Below the pieces are notes generated by a model. That model had not been told where the DNA came from. It saw nothing but the letters and a program-made list of their open reading frames with translations, and searched no databases. Positions 28,740-39,236 of a stretch of DNA of 64,000 bases are shown here, one piece after another. The DNA comes from Cyanobacteria bacterium auto_48_18. Its GTDB lineage: Bacteria; Cyanobacteriota; Vampirovibrionia; Obscuribacterales; Obscuribacteraceae. Within the stretch, counting starts at the first letter, position 1. The number at the start of each line of letters is the position of its first letter. The position numbers and the translations under genes were made by a program. The stretch lies in NCBI GenBank assembly GCA_036170915.1, contig JAVHQC010000010.1, positions 1 to 64,000 on the forward strand, in the 5' to 3' direction.

Positions 28740-29522
28740 TTAAACTGGCCGAGGATGAGCCTTTACAAGATCAACTAGCGAAGGTAGAACATCTCCACTC
28801 CTGCCTTGCAAAAAGGCATCTACATTTTCTGAAAGGGCAGTGCGCTCAAGATTGATTTCCACTAATTTTGCTCCTTGCTCCCGTGCTATATACGGAAGAG
28901 ATGCAGCAGGTTGCACCAGAGCTGAAGTGCCGATGGCGAGAAAAAGGTCGCATTGCCTGGCTGCGGCCATGGCCGCATTGAGCACTGCCGGGTTTAGTGA
29001 CTCGCCAAACCAAACAACATTCGGTCGCAGTTTGGAGTGACATTGACCGTCATTGCAGCGAGGTGGCGACTGCAAATTTCGCTCGACTTCAGCAGCTTGA
29101 TGATGGTGGTCGAAACAGCGGAAGCTGACAATATTGCCGTGCATTTCCAAAATATTTTGAGACTCTGCCCGGTGGTGCAATCGGTCTACATTTTGCGTTA
29201 TAAGAGTAAACGTTCGCGGAGCATGGAGCTTTTCTAGAGTAGCAAGAGCATGATGACCAGCATTTGGAGACACATTCTCGACCAAATTGCGACGCCAGTC
29301 GTACCATTGCCATACCAGGTCTGGATGCCTCTTAAATCCGCTTGCGCTGGCGAGTTCAGAGGGATCATACTTTTCCCACAGTGGTGCCTGCGCTGATTTG
29401 CTCTGACCGTGAGCGCGAAAAGTTGGCACACCACTTTCGGCTGATATGCCAGCACCAGTGAGCACCGCAATTTTGCGGCTATTGGCAATGTAATCGGCTA
29501 CCAGTTCAAGAGTGACGTTCAC
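28740..29522 (-). CDS. cobB: NAD-dependent protein deacylase, class III sirtuin
   Basis: GAGISAESGVPTFR, WYDWRR (YxxR), TQNVD.LH, HG, RPNVVWFGE, GTSALVQPAA. Confidence 0.92.
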   Translation of the reverse strand: MNVTLELVADYIANSRKIAVLTGAGISAESGVPTFRAHGQSKSAQAPLWEKYDPSELASASGFKRHPDLVWQWYDWRRNLVENVSPNAGHHALATLEKLHAPRTFTLITQNVDRLHHRAESQNILEMHGNIVSFRCFDHHHQAAEVERNLQSPPRCNDGQCHSKLRPNVVWFGESLNPAVLNAAMAAARQCDLFLAIGTSALVQPAASLPYIAREQGAKLVEINLERTALSENVDAFLQGRSGDVLPSLVDLVKAHPRPV

Positions 29523-29537
29523 AAGCTCTCTGATTTC

Positions 29538-31268
29538 CTAACGACGTTGCTGCATCTCGTTTCTTACACGTTCGAAATCGCTACGCACCTTACTTCTAAT
29601 TTCTTCGCTTTTGCGCAAATGCTCAGCTCTCAAAGAATCGAAATCAACTTTCGAATTGCCGCCGGCTCTGTAGGCTGGCGAAGTTGACCTCGAAGCGCCT
29701 TGCCAATTAATCTGGAAGTCAGCTGGCGACGTCCGCAAAGAAGAAGAAGAAGAAGAAGCGGGCTTTCTTTGACTCCAACCTGGTGCCGAAGCGGTGGCAA
29801 AACCTTGTTCGGGAATAATCTCAAGGGAATTTTCAAACTGACTGTACAGACGCGACTTGAAAAAATCTGCAGTGCCCTGACCGCCAACCAAATAAAGTCT
29901 ACGACCGCTGAGAATCATGCAGCATCGCAAATATTGATCCTGCTTAGCAATGCCGGCCTTAGTGGGAAGTTTGAAGCTCAGTTCCATAGCACCAGGTTTC
30001 TTCTGACTGGGCACAAAACTAACATTAGTACCCTGAGACTTTTTCACCACCGCCGAGGCTATTATTTGCATAAACTGTTTTTGTTTATCAGCACTGCTAA
30101 TCGCTGCCGGCATAATGATGTAAGAGACAGTCATAGCGCCAGCTAGATTGGAATAGGCGTAATCAACCATGCGAATATTATTGAGGGTTTCATACTTTAC
30201 TTCTGGGTCACCAGGAAGCTGAATTCTAAAAAGGCCTTCCGGGAAATAGAGCGGCTTGAGATTGCGAGCACCAAAATTGATGCTGTTGGCTTTCTTCGCC
30301 AATGTCGTATGAACTTGCTCAACTGTGTAGTCTTGCTCTTTCAGTTTTGCCACCAGGCCATGATCGCCTACCAGGTGAGCCGCACCAACAGCCACCATAA
30401 CACTTCCTTGTGAGGGCAAATGCTTGTTTAACTCAGCAAGCATTGCGCTATTGCGTTTATCGAGCAAAGCTACCTTTGCATTTTGAATATCTTTGTCGGC
30501 GTCAACGTCATTAATGCCCAATGATGCAAGAGCAGAAGCATCGCCGTTTTTCCAGCTGTTCTCAATCTTCTCCATATCAGACTTAGAATCACGCAGCGAG
30601 ATAATACTTCCAAGCAGCTGTTTTTCCTGAGTGGTCTTATCAAAGCTACTAACCAAATTAAGCTGAGACTCGAGCGATTCTAAAGCAATAATCTTTTTTG
30701 CCGAAGCGTGAGCTTTACTGAGCAAGTGCCTATCGATGCCGAGCTCAGGTTTGTAACCTGCTTTGCGAATGGCACCACTGGAGAGAATTTGTGAAACTAC
30801 CCAAGGTTTGTACGGTTGGTACATCGACAATGACTCACCTGACCACTCAATGTATTGATTAAGTGCATCAGCTGTTGATGGAGAAAGATTGTCGGTAAGA
30901 GTTGCCGGAGGAGTATAGAGACCGATGCGCCTGAGAGTATCGTTGACTTTTCCACTATCCTGCAGCACATCTGCCTCGACAAAAAGAATGCTGCTATCGT
31001 TCAGTGCTGACTCCATTTCACGCGGCAAAGGATAAAAGCCTGGACGAGCCACGTGAATGGTTCCAAGAAGATAAATTACCTGGTTACCTTTCTTGCACTT
31101 CCAAAGGAAAATTGGCTTAGTATCTGCAGCAGCAGCGGTCACTGCCGCGATTTTTTCTGGCTGGGTGACGGCGACTTCGTCAGCCAGAGCAGCGGAACAA
31201 GAGTAAAAAAATAAGGAGCCGGCTAAGCACATTATTGTCAAACTTTCTTTTGGCACATCATCAATCAT
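29538..31268 (-). CDS. secreted TraB/GumN-family protein with C-terminal extension
   Basis: LWK, YLLGTIH, GID, LESLESQL, RN..M, VAVGAAHLVG. Confidence 0.85.
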   Translation of the reverse strand: MIDDVPKESLTIMCLAGSLFFYSCSAALADEVAVTQPEKIAAVTAAAADTKPIFLWKCKKGNQVIYLLGTIHVARPGFYPLPREMESALNDSSILFVEADVLQDSGKVNDTLRRIGLYTPPATLTDNLSPSTADALNQYIEWSGESLSMYQPYKPWVVSQILSSGAIRKAGYKPELGIDRHLLSKAHASAKKIIALESLESQLNLVSSFDKTTQEKQLLGSIISLRDSKSDMEKIENSWKNGDASALASLGINDVDADKDIQNAKVALLDKRNSAMLAELNKHLPSQGSVMVAVGAAHLVGDHGLVAKLKEQDYTVEQVHTTLAKKANSINFGARNLKPLYFPEGLFRIQLPGDPEVKYETLNNIRMVDYAYSNLAGAMTVSYIIMPAAISSADKQKQFMQIIASAVVKKSQGTNVSFVPSQKKPGAMELSFKLPTKAGIAKQDQYLRCCMILSGRRLYLVGGQGTADFFKSRLYSQFENSLEIIPEQGFATASAPGWSQRKPASSSSSSLRTSPADFQINWQGASRSTSPAYRAGGNSKVDFDSLRAEHLRKSEEIRSKVRSDFERVRNEMQQRR

Positions 31269-31350
31269 AAAATCACCGGTAGCTGCAGAACTTAAGAACG
31301 ACGGATGCCATCCATAAAATACCCGGCGGTTTGGGTGACAAAACCTTAAA

Positions 31351-33039
31351 ATGTTTGCTGACCAAAAGGCACTGCTGACTATAGGGCAGTGCTTTCTTCC
31401 GTTAATGCAGTCAAGCAGCTACAATAGCCCAAGGCCCCGGGAATCAGCCACATTGCAAATTAAAAGACTACAGTTTCATCTAATCGGCTTAGTGGTGCTT
31501 AACGCGGCATTCGGTCTAAACGCCAATGCCAGCACCCACGATGATCCTCTTGGTCGTGAACCAGTTGAGACCAATCACGGTCCGCGTCGTGCCTTCCACC
31601 ATGGTGGATACAATATCGTGGCAAGTTCATCGCAAGATCTAGAACACAGAGTTTCTGCGCTCGTTCGAGAATTACAGGGCAAGAAGCACAAAGTTGCCAC
31701 CAGCCGCGATGGCACCTCGACGGTGATAATAGATCAGACCACCCGTCAAATTTTCAGGATCCACGAAGCTTCGGATACAGTTTCTAACAACGCGACAGTA
31801 GAGGTACTTGCTCAACTATTTCCTAAAAATGCGCGGATTCTTTATGCCACCAGTGAAGAATTTGAAGCAATAGGAAACTGGGCCAAAGCGCTGGAATATT
31901 TCAAACGCAACAGTCTTGTGGGCTATAAATCAGACTTGATTGACCCCAATGAGCCTCGGGAGCCCCTGGCGAAAAACAACCGATATAATTCTACCTGTGC
32001 CTTTTACGAAAGCATGTTGGGTCGCAACGTAGAAGCGCTAAAATACTACGAACGCGCCATCGCACTAGCACCCACTTACAGCATCAACTATTCTAACCGG
32101 GCTCAACTTTACAAAAAGATGGGCAAGCTTGATCTCGCTGCCAAAGACTCTGCCAAAGCAAAAGAGTTGCGCAAAAATGACCCCGACTCTGACGTCTCCA
32201 TGCGCCGTGGTCGCGAAAGACATCGCGGCGGCCAACGTGGTCATTACGTGTCGTATGCGCCGAACAACTACGAATATGAATTGCAGAATCTTTCAAATGA
32301 ATTGAAAGCACTTGAGAAAGCGCCAATGAATTTGGCCAAAGCAAATTTGTATTTGCAACGTGCTCGAGTGCAAAAGCAAATGGGTCACTACAAAGAATCG
32401 CTTAGTGACTATCAGGCGATCGCAAAATACGAGCAACACAATAGTAATCTGGTTAAAGAGCGCACGTTAGCGCAAGAGCTTTTGCGTACAGGAGCGCCGC
32501 CGTACGGAGACATCAAATCTATTGGCGACGCAAAATATTATGGTGGCGAACCAGTTAAAGAAACGAGCATAGCGACACTGACTTCAAAAAAAGGAGATAC
32601 CAGAGTTTACTTCGCCATCGCTGAGGGTTTGTCAAAAGCACATAAACTCAAAGAGTGTGCAGCTGAAGTAGACAAGTTATTGAAAATTGCTCCAGACAGC
32701 CAGGGTTATATCACAGCAAAAATTGCTGTGTCAGAATCGCTGAACGACTCAAACAATGTGGTCAAGTATTGTTCGCTGCTGATCGATAAACTAACCACTG
32801 GTGATGCCAGTGTTGACCTAGCCTACGCTCGACGACTCTATGATTTTAGAGCAAAAGCAAATTATGCGCTTGCTCACTTCGACAAAGCTGTGGCCGACTA
32901 CTCCACATTGCTTAAGCTTGACCCGAAGTCGCCTGAAGCTTATCGCGGACGTGCTGACTGCTATACCAAGCTCAATAAGTTTGACCTGGCTAAAGCCGAC
33001 TTGGACATGGCTAAAAAGTTCGATTCGCCAGGGCAATGA
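31351..33039 (+). CDS. secreted TPR-repeat protein (start probably ~31453)
   Basis: Several TPR units (ALKYYERAIALAP, AVADYSTLLKLDP..AYRGRA); signal-like segment ending ANA. Confidence 0.8.
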   Translation: MFADQKALLTIGQCFLPLMQSSSYNSPRPRESATLQIKRLQFHLIGLVVLNAAFGLNANASTHDDPLGREPVETNHGPRRAFHHGGYNIVASSSQDLEHRVSALVRELQGKKHKVATSRDGTSTVIIDQTTRQIFRIHEASDTVSNNATVEVLAQLFPKNARILYATSEEFEAIGNWAKALEYFKRNSLVGYKSDLIDPNEPREPLAKNNRYNSTCAFYESMLGRNVEALKYYERAIALAPTYSINYSNRAQLYKKMGKLDLAAKDSAKAKELRKNDPDSDVSMRRGRERHRGGQRGHYVSYAPNNYEYELQNLSNELKALEKAPMNLAKANLYLQRARVQKQMGHYKESLSDYQAIAKYEQHNSNLVKERTLAQELLRTGAPPYGDIKSIGDAKYYGGEPVKETSIATLTSKKGDTRVYFAIAEGLSKAHKLKECAAEVDKLLKIAPDSQGYITAKIAVSESLNDSNNVVKYCSLLIDKLTTGDASVDLAYARRLYDFRAKANYALAHFDKAVADYSTLLKLDPKSPEAYRGRADCYTKLNKFDLAKADLDMAKKFDSPGQ

Positions 33040-33193
33040 TTTAGTTTAAGGGCGACAGTTGTCAGGGGATTCGGCCAATTAGGTGAACTAATCGCCGAAA
33101 AGGGTATATACCTGACAGGCGTTGAATCTTGGCCGAGCGGCTGGGGGGATTTTCCATGGTTTTTCTGACAATTATTAAAAGGGTTGAAAAGCT

Positions 33194-34108
33194 ATGGAGG
33201 TTGAATCCACTGCAATTTTGACTATTTCACTTTTGGCCCTGCTTAACTTCAGCGCGGCCAGCGCGTGCCCTCTTCGGCCTGAAGTGGCCATAACACCAGC
33301 TCACCGCCAAGCCGAGGCTTTGCGCTTGGTACGAAGTGGAGATGTAGAAGCGCGTGGCGGCTACTATGAGTTCGCCGTCAATTGTTACTTTGCCTCCACT
33401 TTAAGCGAACCATCGTTCGGCAGACCTTATCGAAGCGCTGAAGAAACAATTCTCGCCGGTACAAATAAGCAGGAAGCCCTTCGTAATTTAGATAATGCGG
33501 TGCAAAAAAATCCGAATGATCCCTATGCTCTCGCCGTTCGCGCGACAATCAAATGCGACCTGGGCGACAGACAAGGTGCTGAAGAAGACTTCTCTCGCTC
33601 AATTGCGCTGAAGAGCGATTTACTTTTCAGCCGCCAGGCGCGGGCAGAAAACCGAATCTTTGCCGGTATGAATCTTGATGCGCTAGAAGATTGCAACATG
33701 CTTCTAAAAATCACTCGAAATAATCCACGAACGCTTTTAGATCGCGGCATATTTTTAGCAAGGCACAATCAACCTGCGGCTGCCATCGCAGACTATGACC
33801 TGGCGCTAAAAGTACGGCCCGGCTGGTCACGACCACACATAATGAAAAGTGAACTATACGCCGATCAAGGTGATCATCTATCTGCCAGAAAATGCTTGGA
33901 TCTGGCAATTCAATCTGAGCCTGATTTAGGAGCTTCGTACCGAAAAAGAGCCATCGAACGCCGCTGTCTGGGTGATTTGGAAGGTGCCGTTGACGACCTC
34001 ACTTTGGCAATTTTATATCAGCCAGAACAGAGCGATTTCATCGATCGAGCCTTTCTCAAATTTCAGCTGAGAGATTATAAAGGTGCGCTTGCTGATCTAA
34101 GGCAATAG
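33194..34108 (+). CDS. secreted TPR-repeat protein
   Basis: Signal peptide; repeated A..D...A...P TPR units. Confidence 0.8.
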   Translation: MEVESTAILTISLLALLNFSAASACPLRPEVAITPAHRQAEALRLVRSGDVEARGGYYEFAVNCYFASTLSEPSFGRPYRSAEETILAGTNKQEALRNLDNAVQKNPNDPYALAVRATIKCDLGDRQGAEEDFSRSIALKSDLLFSRQARAENRIFAGMNLDALEDCNMLLKITRNNPRTLLDRGIFLARHNQPAAAIADYDLALKVRPGWSRPHIMKSELYADQGDHLSARKCLDLAIQSEPDLGASYRKRAIERRCLGDLEGAVDDLTLAILYQPEQSDFIDRAFLKFQLRDYKGALADLRQ

Positions 34109-34124
34109 GCTCGAACGCACTCTC

Positions 34125-34796
34125 CTATTTAGCCGGAGTCGGTTTACTTGGCGCAAACAATTGTTCTTCACCAATGACCTGCCGAATAATTTGCATCATC
34201 GGGCTAACTGAAGTCATCATCATTGCATTTGCAATCTCTTTGTCTATGGCTGGCTGTTGTTTGCAAATCTTCTCACCTACAGGCGTGTGGTAAAAAGCTA
34301 TCATCTCGCGCAGATCCTGCTCTGTAAAATACTTGTCGTATACCTTTAGGCTAACTTCTTCCGTTATCTTATCCAGATCAACATTCTGACCAAGTAGCTC
34401 TGTGGTGCGAACAGCCATGCGGTTTGCATCGTTATTTACGTCTTCAAGAATAGCTTTCTTCTGCATAGAGGTCATCGAAACTCCTGGCGGAGTAATTTGT
34501 GTCATCAGCGACGGCATCTGCGGACGAATCAATCCCATCATCTTGCGTATATCCGGAGATTCTGGTTTTGAAGTTCTGCGCGTTAGCCTCAAATATTCCA
34601 ACAGAAGTGCCCGTTTCTCTGGTGAAATAGCAGATTCAGGCAGGGGCTGCGTCAATGGTTCAGCTGGAGCGCCAATATCAAAGTTTTTTATGTCGGTTAG
34701 CGCCGGCGGCGCACCCATTGGCGGCATTTGGGCAAGACACGGTGACACTGTGAAAATCATTAGCATCACAGGTAGTACCACTCTAAATTGGCGCAT
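34125..34796 (-). CDS. DUF2059-domain secreted protein
   Basis: Signal peptide; YDKYFTEQDLREMIAFYHTPVGEK signature. Confidence 0.8.
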   Translation of the reverse strand: MRQFRVVLPVMLMIFTVSPCLAQMPPMGAPPALTDIKNFDIGAPAEPLTQPLPESAISPEKRALLLEYLRLTRRTSKPESPDIRKMMGLIRPQMPSLMTQITPPGVSMTSMQKKAILEDVNNDANRMAVRTTELLGQNVDLDKITEEVSLKVYDKYFTEQDLREMIAFYHTPVGEKICKQQPAIDKEIANAMMMTSVSPMMQIIRQVIGEEQLFAPSKPTPAK

Positions 34797-34824
34797 CTCG
34801 ATTTCCTTGTGTGTCGTTGCTCAC

Positions 34825-36624
34825 TTACTTTGCCTTGGTTGCTTGGCCTTCAAAATATGGATTCTCCAAATACGGTGGCTTTTCAGTGGTGTGCAATGGC
34901 TTTGCGAAATCTACGTCGGCTAGAAGCACTGAAGGAGTGACCATACCAATTGTTGTCGAGCTATTATCAGTAGGATAATTAACGATGTAGACATCAGCAT
35001 CATCACTGGCAGCTTGCATGGTGAGCAAATTTTTCTTCGAGATAGTCTTTAATCGGGCCCCGCGCAAAAGCTGCTCGCTACCGGTTTTCACATCTACTTT
35101 GTAAACTTGATTGAGGCTCATACTGGAGCCATTGAATCTTTCCACATCAACTATTTGACCACCAGCAGAAAACGATGGTCTGATTCGTCTAACAATCAAA
35201 ACATGGTCTAGCCCTTCTTTTTTGCCAGCCTCTATAAGCTTTTGTCGCAAGGCATTGAAAGATGTGCCGGCATCACTGCTAACAAATAGATGTCCTGGGC
35301 TGGCCATTCCGCCGCGGTTATGTCCATTGCTGACTTTGACAACACGATTTGGAGTACGGGTACTGCAGAGCGTTTTGAGGATACCCTTATCGATAAGAGT
35401 TAGCCTTTTTGCAGCCACCCCCTCATAGTCAATGTTCCACCCGCTCTTTAAAAATTTGCCCTTGTATTCTTTCTGAGTTGGGTCGTCAATCACCGTAATA
35501 CTGCTTCCTAAAATTGGTTTATTGAGCTTGTGAATTTCATCCGCTCCGACATTACCCATCTCATGTCGAGCGCAAACAAGCGCTGGAAGCATTGACGAAA
35601 GTAGCTCTGCGGCCGCCTCTTTTTCAAACAAGACAGGACCTGAGTATTCTTGAGCGCGTTGCGCAACCACTAAAGCCCCCACACGATCGCAGAGCTTGCG
35701 CACTATTTTTTCCATCTCTGCCTGAGAGGGTAAGGAAACCTCTGTTTCTCCTGCTAAAAAGTCGCCATCAGAAACAGTCATGCCATCTTTGTTTTGGCTG
35801 CTGGCGCCAAAGAAAATAAGAGTGCCGGTCTCACCATATTTAACAATGGTGCCTTCACTATTAATCAAACGTGTGGTGCGCGCCCTAATATTCATGTAGA
35901 CGGTAGAGTCTTTGATATTTTTATACTCTTTAAAAATGGCAGAAAGGGCCTTGACTCGCCCGGCCCATTCATCGATGTTAGCTGTTAAATGCGCATCACT
36001 TTTTACACTGACAATAGCCGGAGCATCAGAAAATGCGTCAGGCTTGTCCTCAACGTCAACATAATTCATCTGCGCCCGAGCACTGGTGAGAGACTCTATG
36101 GCTTGTTTATAGCTGCGATCAGCCTGTGTCCATAAATCGCGACGTATAGCATCATAATTGTCTTCTTGCACTAATCGACTTTGAAGACCAAGCAGAGCGC
36201 GCAGACCGCCGCCACCAGCCGTAGTATTATCGAGCTGTTTATCACCCACGCGCAAAGTAAAGTCTGAATGACGATCACGAGAGACATCTTTGATTGACAG
36301 AGCGCCAAATGATGCGCTAATGCGCGCGAATTCTTCATCAGTGACGGTGCATGAGCCAAAATATGGCAGTGGATAATTTGGCAATTTCAAACTTTTCATG
36401 GAGCGATCAAGTTCGTCTTTCATGGCGCGCATCACAACATCATTCTGGTATGTTGCAGCTTCTGAATTTTGCGGAGCAGCCGGCGCGGCTGATGGCACAA
36501 CAGTGGACGAATCAACTGAGGCAGCCACAGTCGGCAGATTTGAACCTGTCACAAACCACAGCGAAAGCGCAGTGGCTATGATCGATTGTTTACTGAAATT
36601 GGCTTTAATCAAATGCTTTTTCAC
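34825..36624 (-). CDS. TldE/PmbA-like (non-catalytic) subunit with signal peptide
   Basis: AMKDELDRSM, YSGPVLF, DDPT, D.EGV, SNGH; lacks HExxGH. Confidence 0.8.
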   Translation of the reverse strand: MKKHLIKANFSKQSIIATALSLWFVTGSNLPTVAASVDSSTVVPSAAPAAPQNSEAATYQNDVVMRAMKDELDRSMKSLKLPNYPLPYFGSCTVTDEEFARISASFGALSIKDVSRDRHSDFTLRVGDKQLDNTTAGGGGLRALLGLQSRLVQEDNYDAIRRDLWTQADRSYKQAIESLTSARAQMNYVDVEDKPDAFSDAPAIVSVKSDAHLTANIDEWAGRVKALSAIFKEYKNIKDSTVYMNIRARTTRLINSEGTIVKYGETGTLIFFGASSQNKDGMTVSDGDFLAGETEVSLPSQAEMEKIVRKLCDRVGALVVAQRAQEYSGPVLFEKEAAAELLSSMLPALVCARHEMGNVGADEIHKLNKPILGSSITVIDDPTQKEYKGKFLKSGWNIDYEGVAAKRLTLIDKGILKTLCSTRTPNRVVKVSNGHNRGGMASPGHLFVSSDAGTSFNALRQKLIEAGKKEGLDHVLIVRRIRPSFSAGGQIVDVERFNGSSMSLNQVYKVDVKTGSEQLLRGARLKTISKKNLLTMQAASDDADVYIVNYPTDNSSTTIGMVTPSVLLADVDFAKPLHTTEKPPYLENPYFEGQATKAK

Positions 36625-38420
36625 TTGTTATTCTCAGGGGCTGGTGGTGGCAAAATTGGTGGTTGATCTTGCTGCTTGTATTCTTTTTCTAGTTCGATAG
36701 TGCGAACCAGCAGGCTTGGAGAAGTTGCAGATACAGGCACCCAGCCAGACTCGGCACCACATCTACCGTTAAAGGTGTCATCATCTTTTCCGGCACAAAT
36801 AATTTTTTCTAGCGAACCTAACGGCGTGCCCACAATGTTAACTCCGCGCGATAACTCATCGGGCCTGCCGTCAACGTATACCCGTGTAACTCGCAACGGT
36901 AGCAACGAATAAGATTGCGGCATGAAAGTCTGGGTGATCGTGAAGCCACCTGAAATTTCATCAATTATTAGACCGTAAGGTTTATGTTGCGCTTTCGCTT
37001 CTTGAATAAGCATGGCTCGCAGTTTGGTATTAGCAACTCTATTGTCACTGTCGACAATTAGATTTCCTTGCCTGGCAACCGGCGCGGATCCTTCTGCACT
37101 GCGTCCATGACCATTCGACTTATCAAAGTTGCGAATCGGGCTGCGCCCCATTAAGAAACCACGCAGCACGCCTTTCTCAACCAGCTGAACACGCTGCGCT
37201 GGAACTCCTTCATTGTCAAATTTGTAATAGCCTACCAGTGGATGTTTATCAAAAGTAGCACGGGTAGGGTCATCGGACACAGACATGAATGGTGGCATAA
37301 TTTGTTCGCCAACTTTCTGAGCAAAAGTACGGCCTTCGGTTTCGTCTTTCTGCCTGTGACCTTCTACGCGGTGTCCCAACACTTCGTGGAAAAATACTCC
37401 CGCCGCTTTTGACTTTAAAATAGCGGGCCCCACAAATGGTTGCGCCGGTGGTGCATTGCGTAAGTCGACAACTTCTTTGGCTAATTTCCGCACCATTGCT
37501 TCAATCTTTTCTTGGTCGGGCAAATCGTCGATTCTGGGTACTTCAATGCCGTCATAAAGTCGCACAACCATGCCGTCTTTGGCTACCGCGTTAGCGCGCG
37601 TTGTGATGCGCAAACTCTTGCGATTATCTTCAATTTTGCTACCTTCAGAATTTACAAGATAACGTCGCACTTGCTCGACTTCAAAGTTGACTGAAGAATC
37701 GTCGATTTCAGGGAAGTCTTTGTAGATTGCTGATGCCTTACGTAAACGCTCTATCCAGGCCTTTTTATCGATAGCAATATCACTTACAGGTTCTATATAA
37801 ACCTGTTTATCGGCGTCAGAAAAATCACCGCTGGCATCTTCTTCGGCAATGCGAATGTCGCGATTTGTCTTAATTTGCATGTAATCAGTTTGGGCTCTTT
37901 TAAAGGCCGCATCTGTTGCGTTCCACAAGCGATTGCGAATAGCGTCTTTATCGTCTTCCAACGGGAAGGCACCGCCACCATATCCTCCGCGACCGAACGC
38001 CAACGGAGGGTGCGACGGCAACGCGCCTCTGAGCCGATGCGAATTGTCCATACTTTTGTCACCCACACGCAGCTCGACGTATAGACTGCGATTGTGGCTT
38101 TCTTCATCTTCGGCCATGGCGCCGTATGAAGCTACCAACGATTGACTGGCCACGTCATAAACACTGTAACTAATGAAATAGAGAGGCGCGCTGGCTGCGT
38201 TTTTTAGCTTGGTCATCGAGCGAGTGAGCTCTTCTTCCATTGCCTCGAGCACGACTTTATCGTCAGTCGATTTAATTGGTGAGGCGGCCTCTTCTACCGG
38301 AGACTTTATGGCTGGGGCTTCCGCGGCCGTGGCGTAAACGGCAGAATTGCATAATAGAGAAATGGAAAGTGACAGGCCCACGGTAAATCTTTTGAACAAT
38401 GCGCCTGGCGGTGATTCCAT
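36621..38420 (-). CDS. TldD-family metalloprotease with signal peptide
   Basis: FFHEVLGHRVEGHR (HExxGH), DNEGVPA, SNGHGR, CGAESGWVPVS (Cys ligand). Confidence 0.87.
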   Translation of the reverse strand: MESPPGALFKRFTVGLSLSISLLCNSAVYATAAEAPAIKSPVEEAASPIKSTDDKVVLEAMEEELTRSMTKLKNAASAPLYFISYSVYDVASQSLVASYGAMAEDEESHNRSLYVELRVGDKSMDNSHRLRGALPSHPPLAFGRGGYGGGAFPLEDDKDAIRNRLWNATDAAFKRAQTDYMQIKTNRDIRIAEEDASGDFSDADKQVYIEPVSDIAIDKKAWIERLRKASAIYKDFPEIDDSSVNFEVEQVRRYLVNSEGSKIEDNRKSLRITTRANAVAKDGMVVRLYDGIEVPRIDDLPDQEKIEAMVRKLAKEVVDLRNAPPAQPFVGPAILKSKAAGVFFHEVLGHRVEGHRQKDETEGRTFAQKVGEQIMPPFMSVSDDPTRATFDKHPLVGYYKFDNEGVPAQRVQLVEKGVLRGFLMGRSPIRNFDKSNGHGRSAEGSAPVARQGNLIVDSDNRVANTKLRAMLIQEAKAQHKPYGLIIDEISGGFTITQTFMPQSYSLLPLRVTRVYVDGRPDELSRGVNIVGTPLGSLEKIICAGKDDDTFNGRCGAESGWVPVSATSPSLLVRTIELEKEYKQQDQPPILPPPAPENNK

Positions 38421-38667
38421 TTAATAATGATCCTTCTAGCAGGTCTGTCTTGTCATTCTATAGCAAAAGGGGGGTGGCCGCGATTTGCCCTAATTTATGG
38501 CTGATAGGTATATTTTCTTTATCATCCCAGCTACATTAAAATTGCTCGCTAATCGATTAAATCGCGCTCTTGAGCTAGCTTTGAGTTGATCAGAACGGTT
38601 ATCAATATTGCAAACTATCTGATCCCAAGAAAACGCATTCACACACTCAGACAGGTTGGTACAAGCC

Positions 38668-39174
38668 ATGAAAACCGAAACGAAAACAACACACCTCTAC
38701 AAAACTCGCATTGATCTTCCTGAAGCGGCACGGATGAAGAGCATAGATCTTCTCAACACAACGCTCGCTGCTGGCCTCGATATTTACACTCAAGCTAAAC
38801 AAGCTCACTGGAACGTCAAAGGCAAAGATTTCTATCAAGTACATTTGCTTTTCGATGATCTGGCCACGACACTATTCGAGCCTATCGACATCCTGGCAGA
38901 GCGCATCACAGCCCTGGGCGGCATTGCTCAAGGCACAGCGCGCATGGCCGCTCAAGTTTCAATCATCCCTGAATATCCAGATACATCAAAAATGAGTGAA
39001 ACAGACCACCTCACAGCCATCGCCGACCGCGTGGCCGTCTTTGCCAAGCACATCCGCCAGGGCATAGAAAAAGCTGGCTCATGGGACGATCAAGTGACAA
39101 ACGACATTTATGTTCAGATTGGCCGCGAAGTAGACAAGAAGCTCTGGTTCATTGAGGCCCACTTGCAAGATTAG
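38668..39174 (+). CDS. dps: DNA starvation/stationary-phase protection protein Dps
   Basis: KQAHWNVKG, HLLFD, DILAERITALGG, DKKLWFIEAHLQ. Confidence 0.94.
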   Translation: MKTETKTTHLYKTRIDLPEAARMKSIDLLNTTLAAGLDIYTQAKQAHWNVKGKDFYQVHLLFDDLATTLFEPIDILAERITALGGIAQGTARMAAQVSIIPEYPDTSKMSETDHLTAIADRVAVFAKHIRQGIEKAGSWDDQVTNDIYVQIGREVDKKLWFIEAHLQD

Positions 39175-39196
39175 ATAACGAAGAACAGCTCTTCAA

Positions 39197-39236
39197 ACGC
39201 CGCCATTGCCAATCCCGGCAGTGGCGGTGTTGTTCT
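39197..39236 (+). terminator. terminator after dps
   Basis: ACGCCGCCATTGCC-aatccc-GGCAGTGGCGGTGT then tgttct. Confidence 0.65.
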
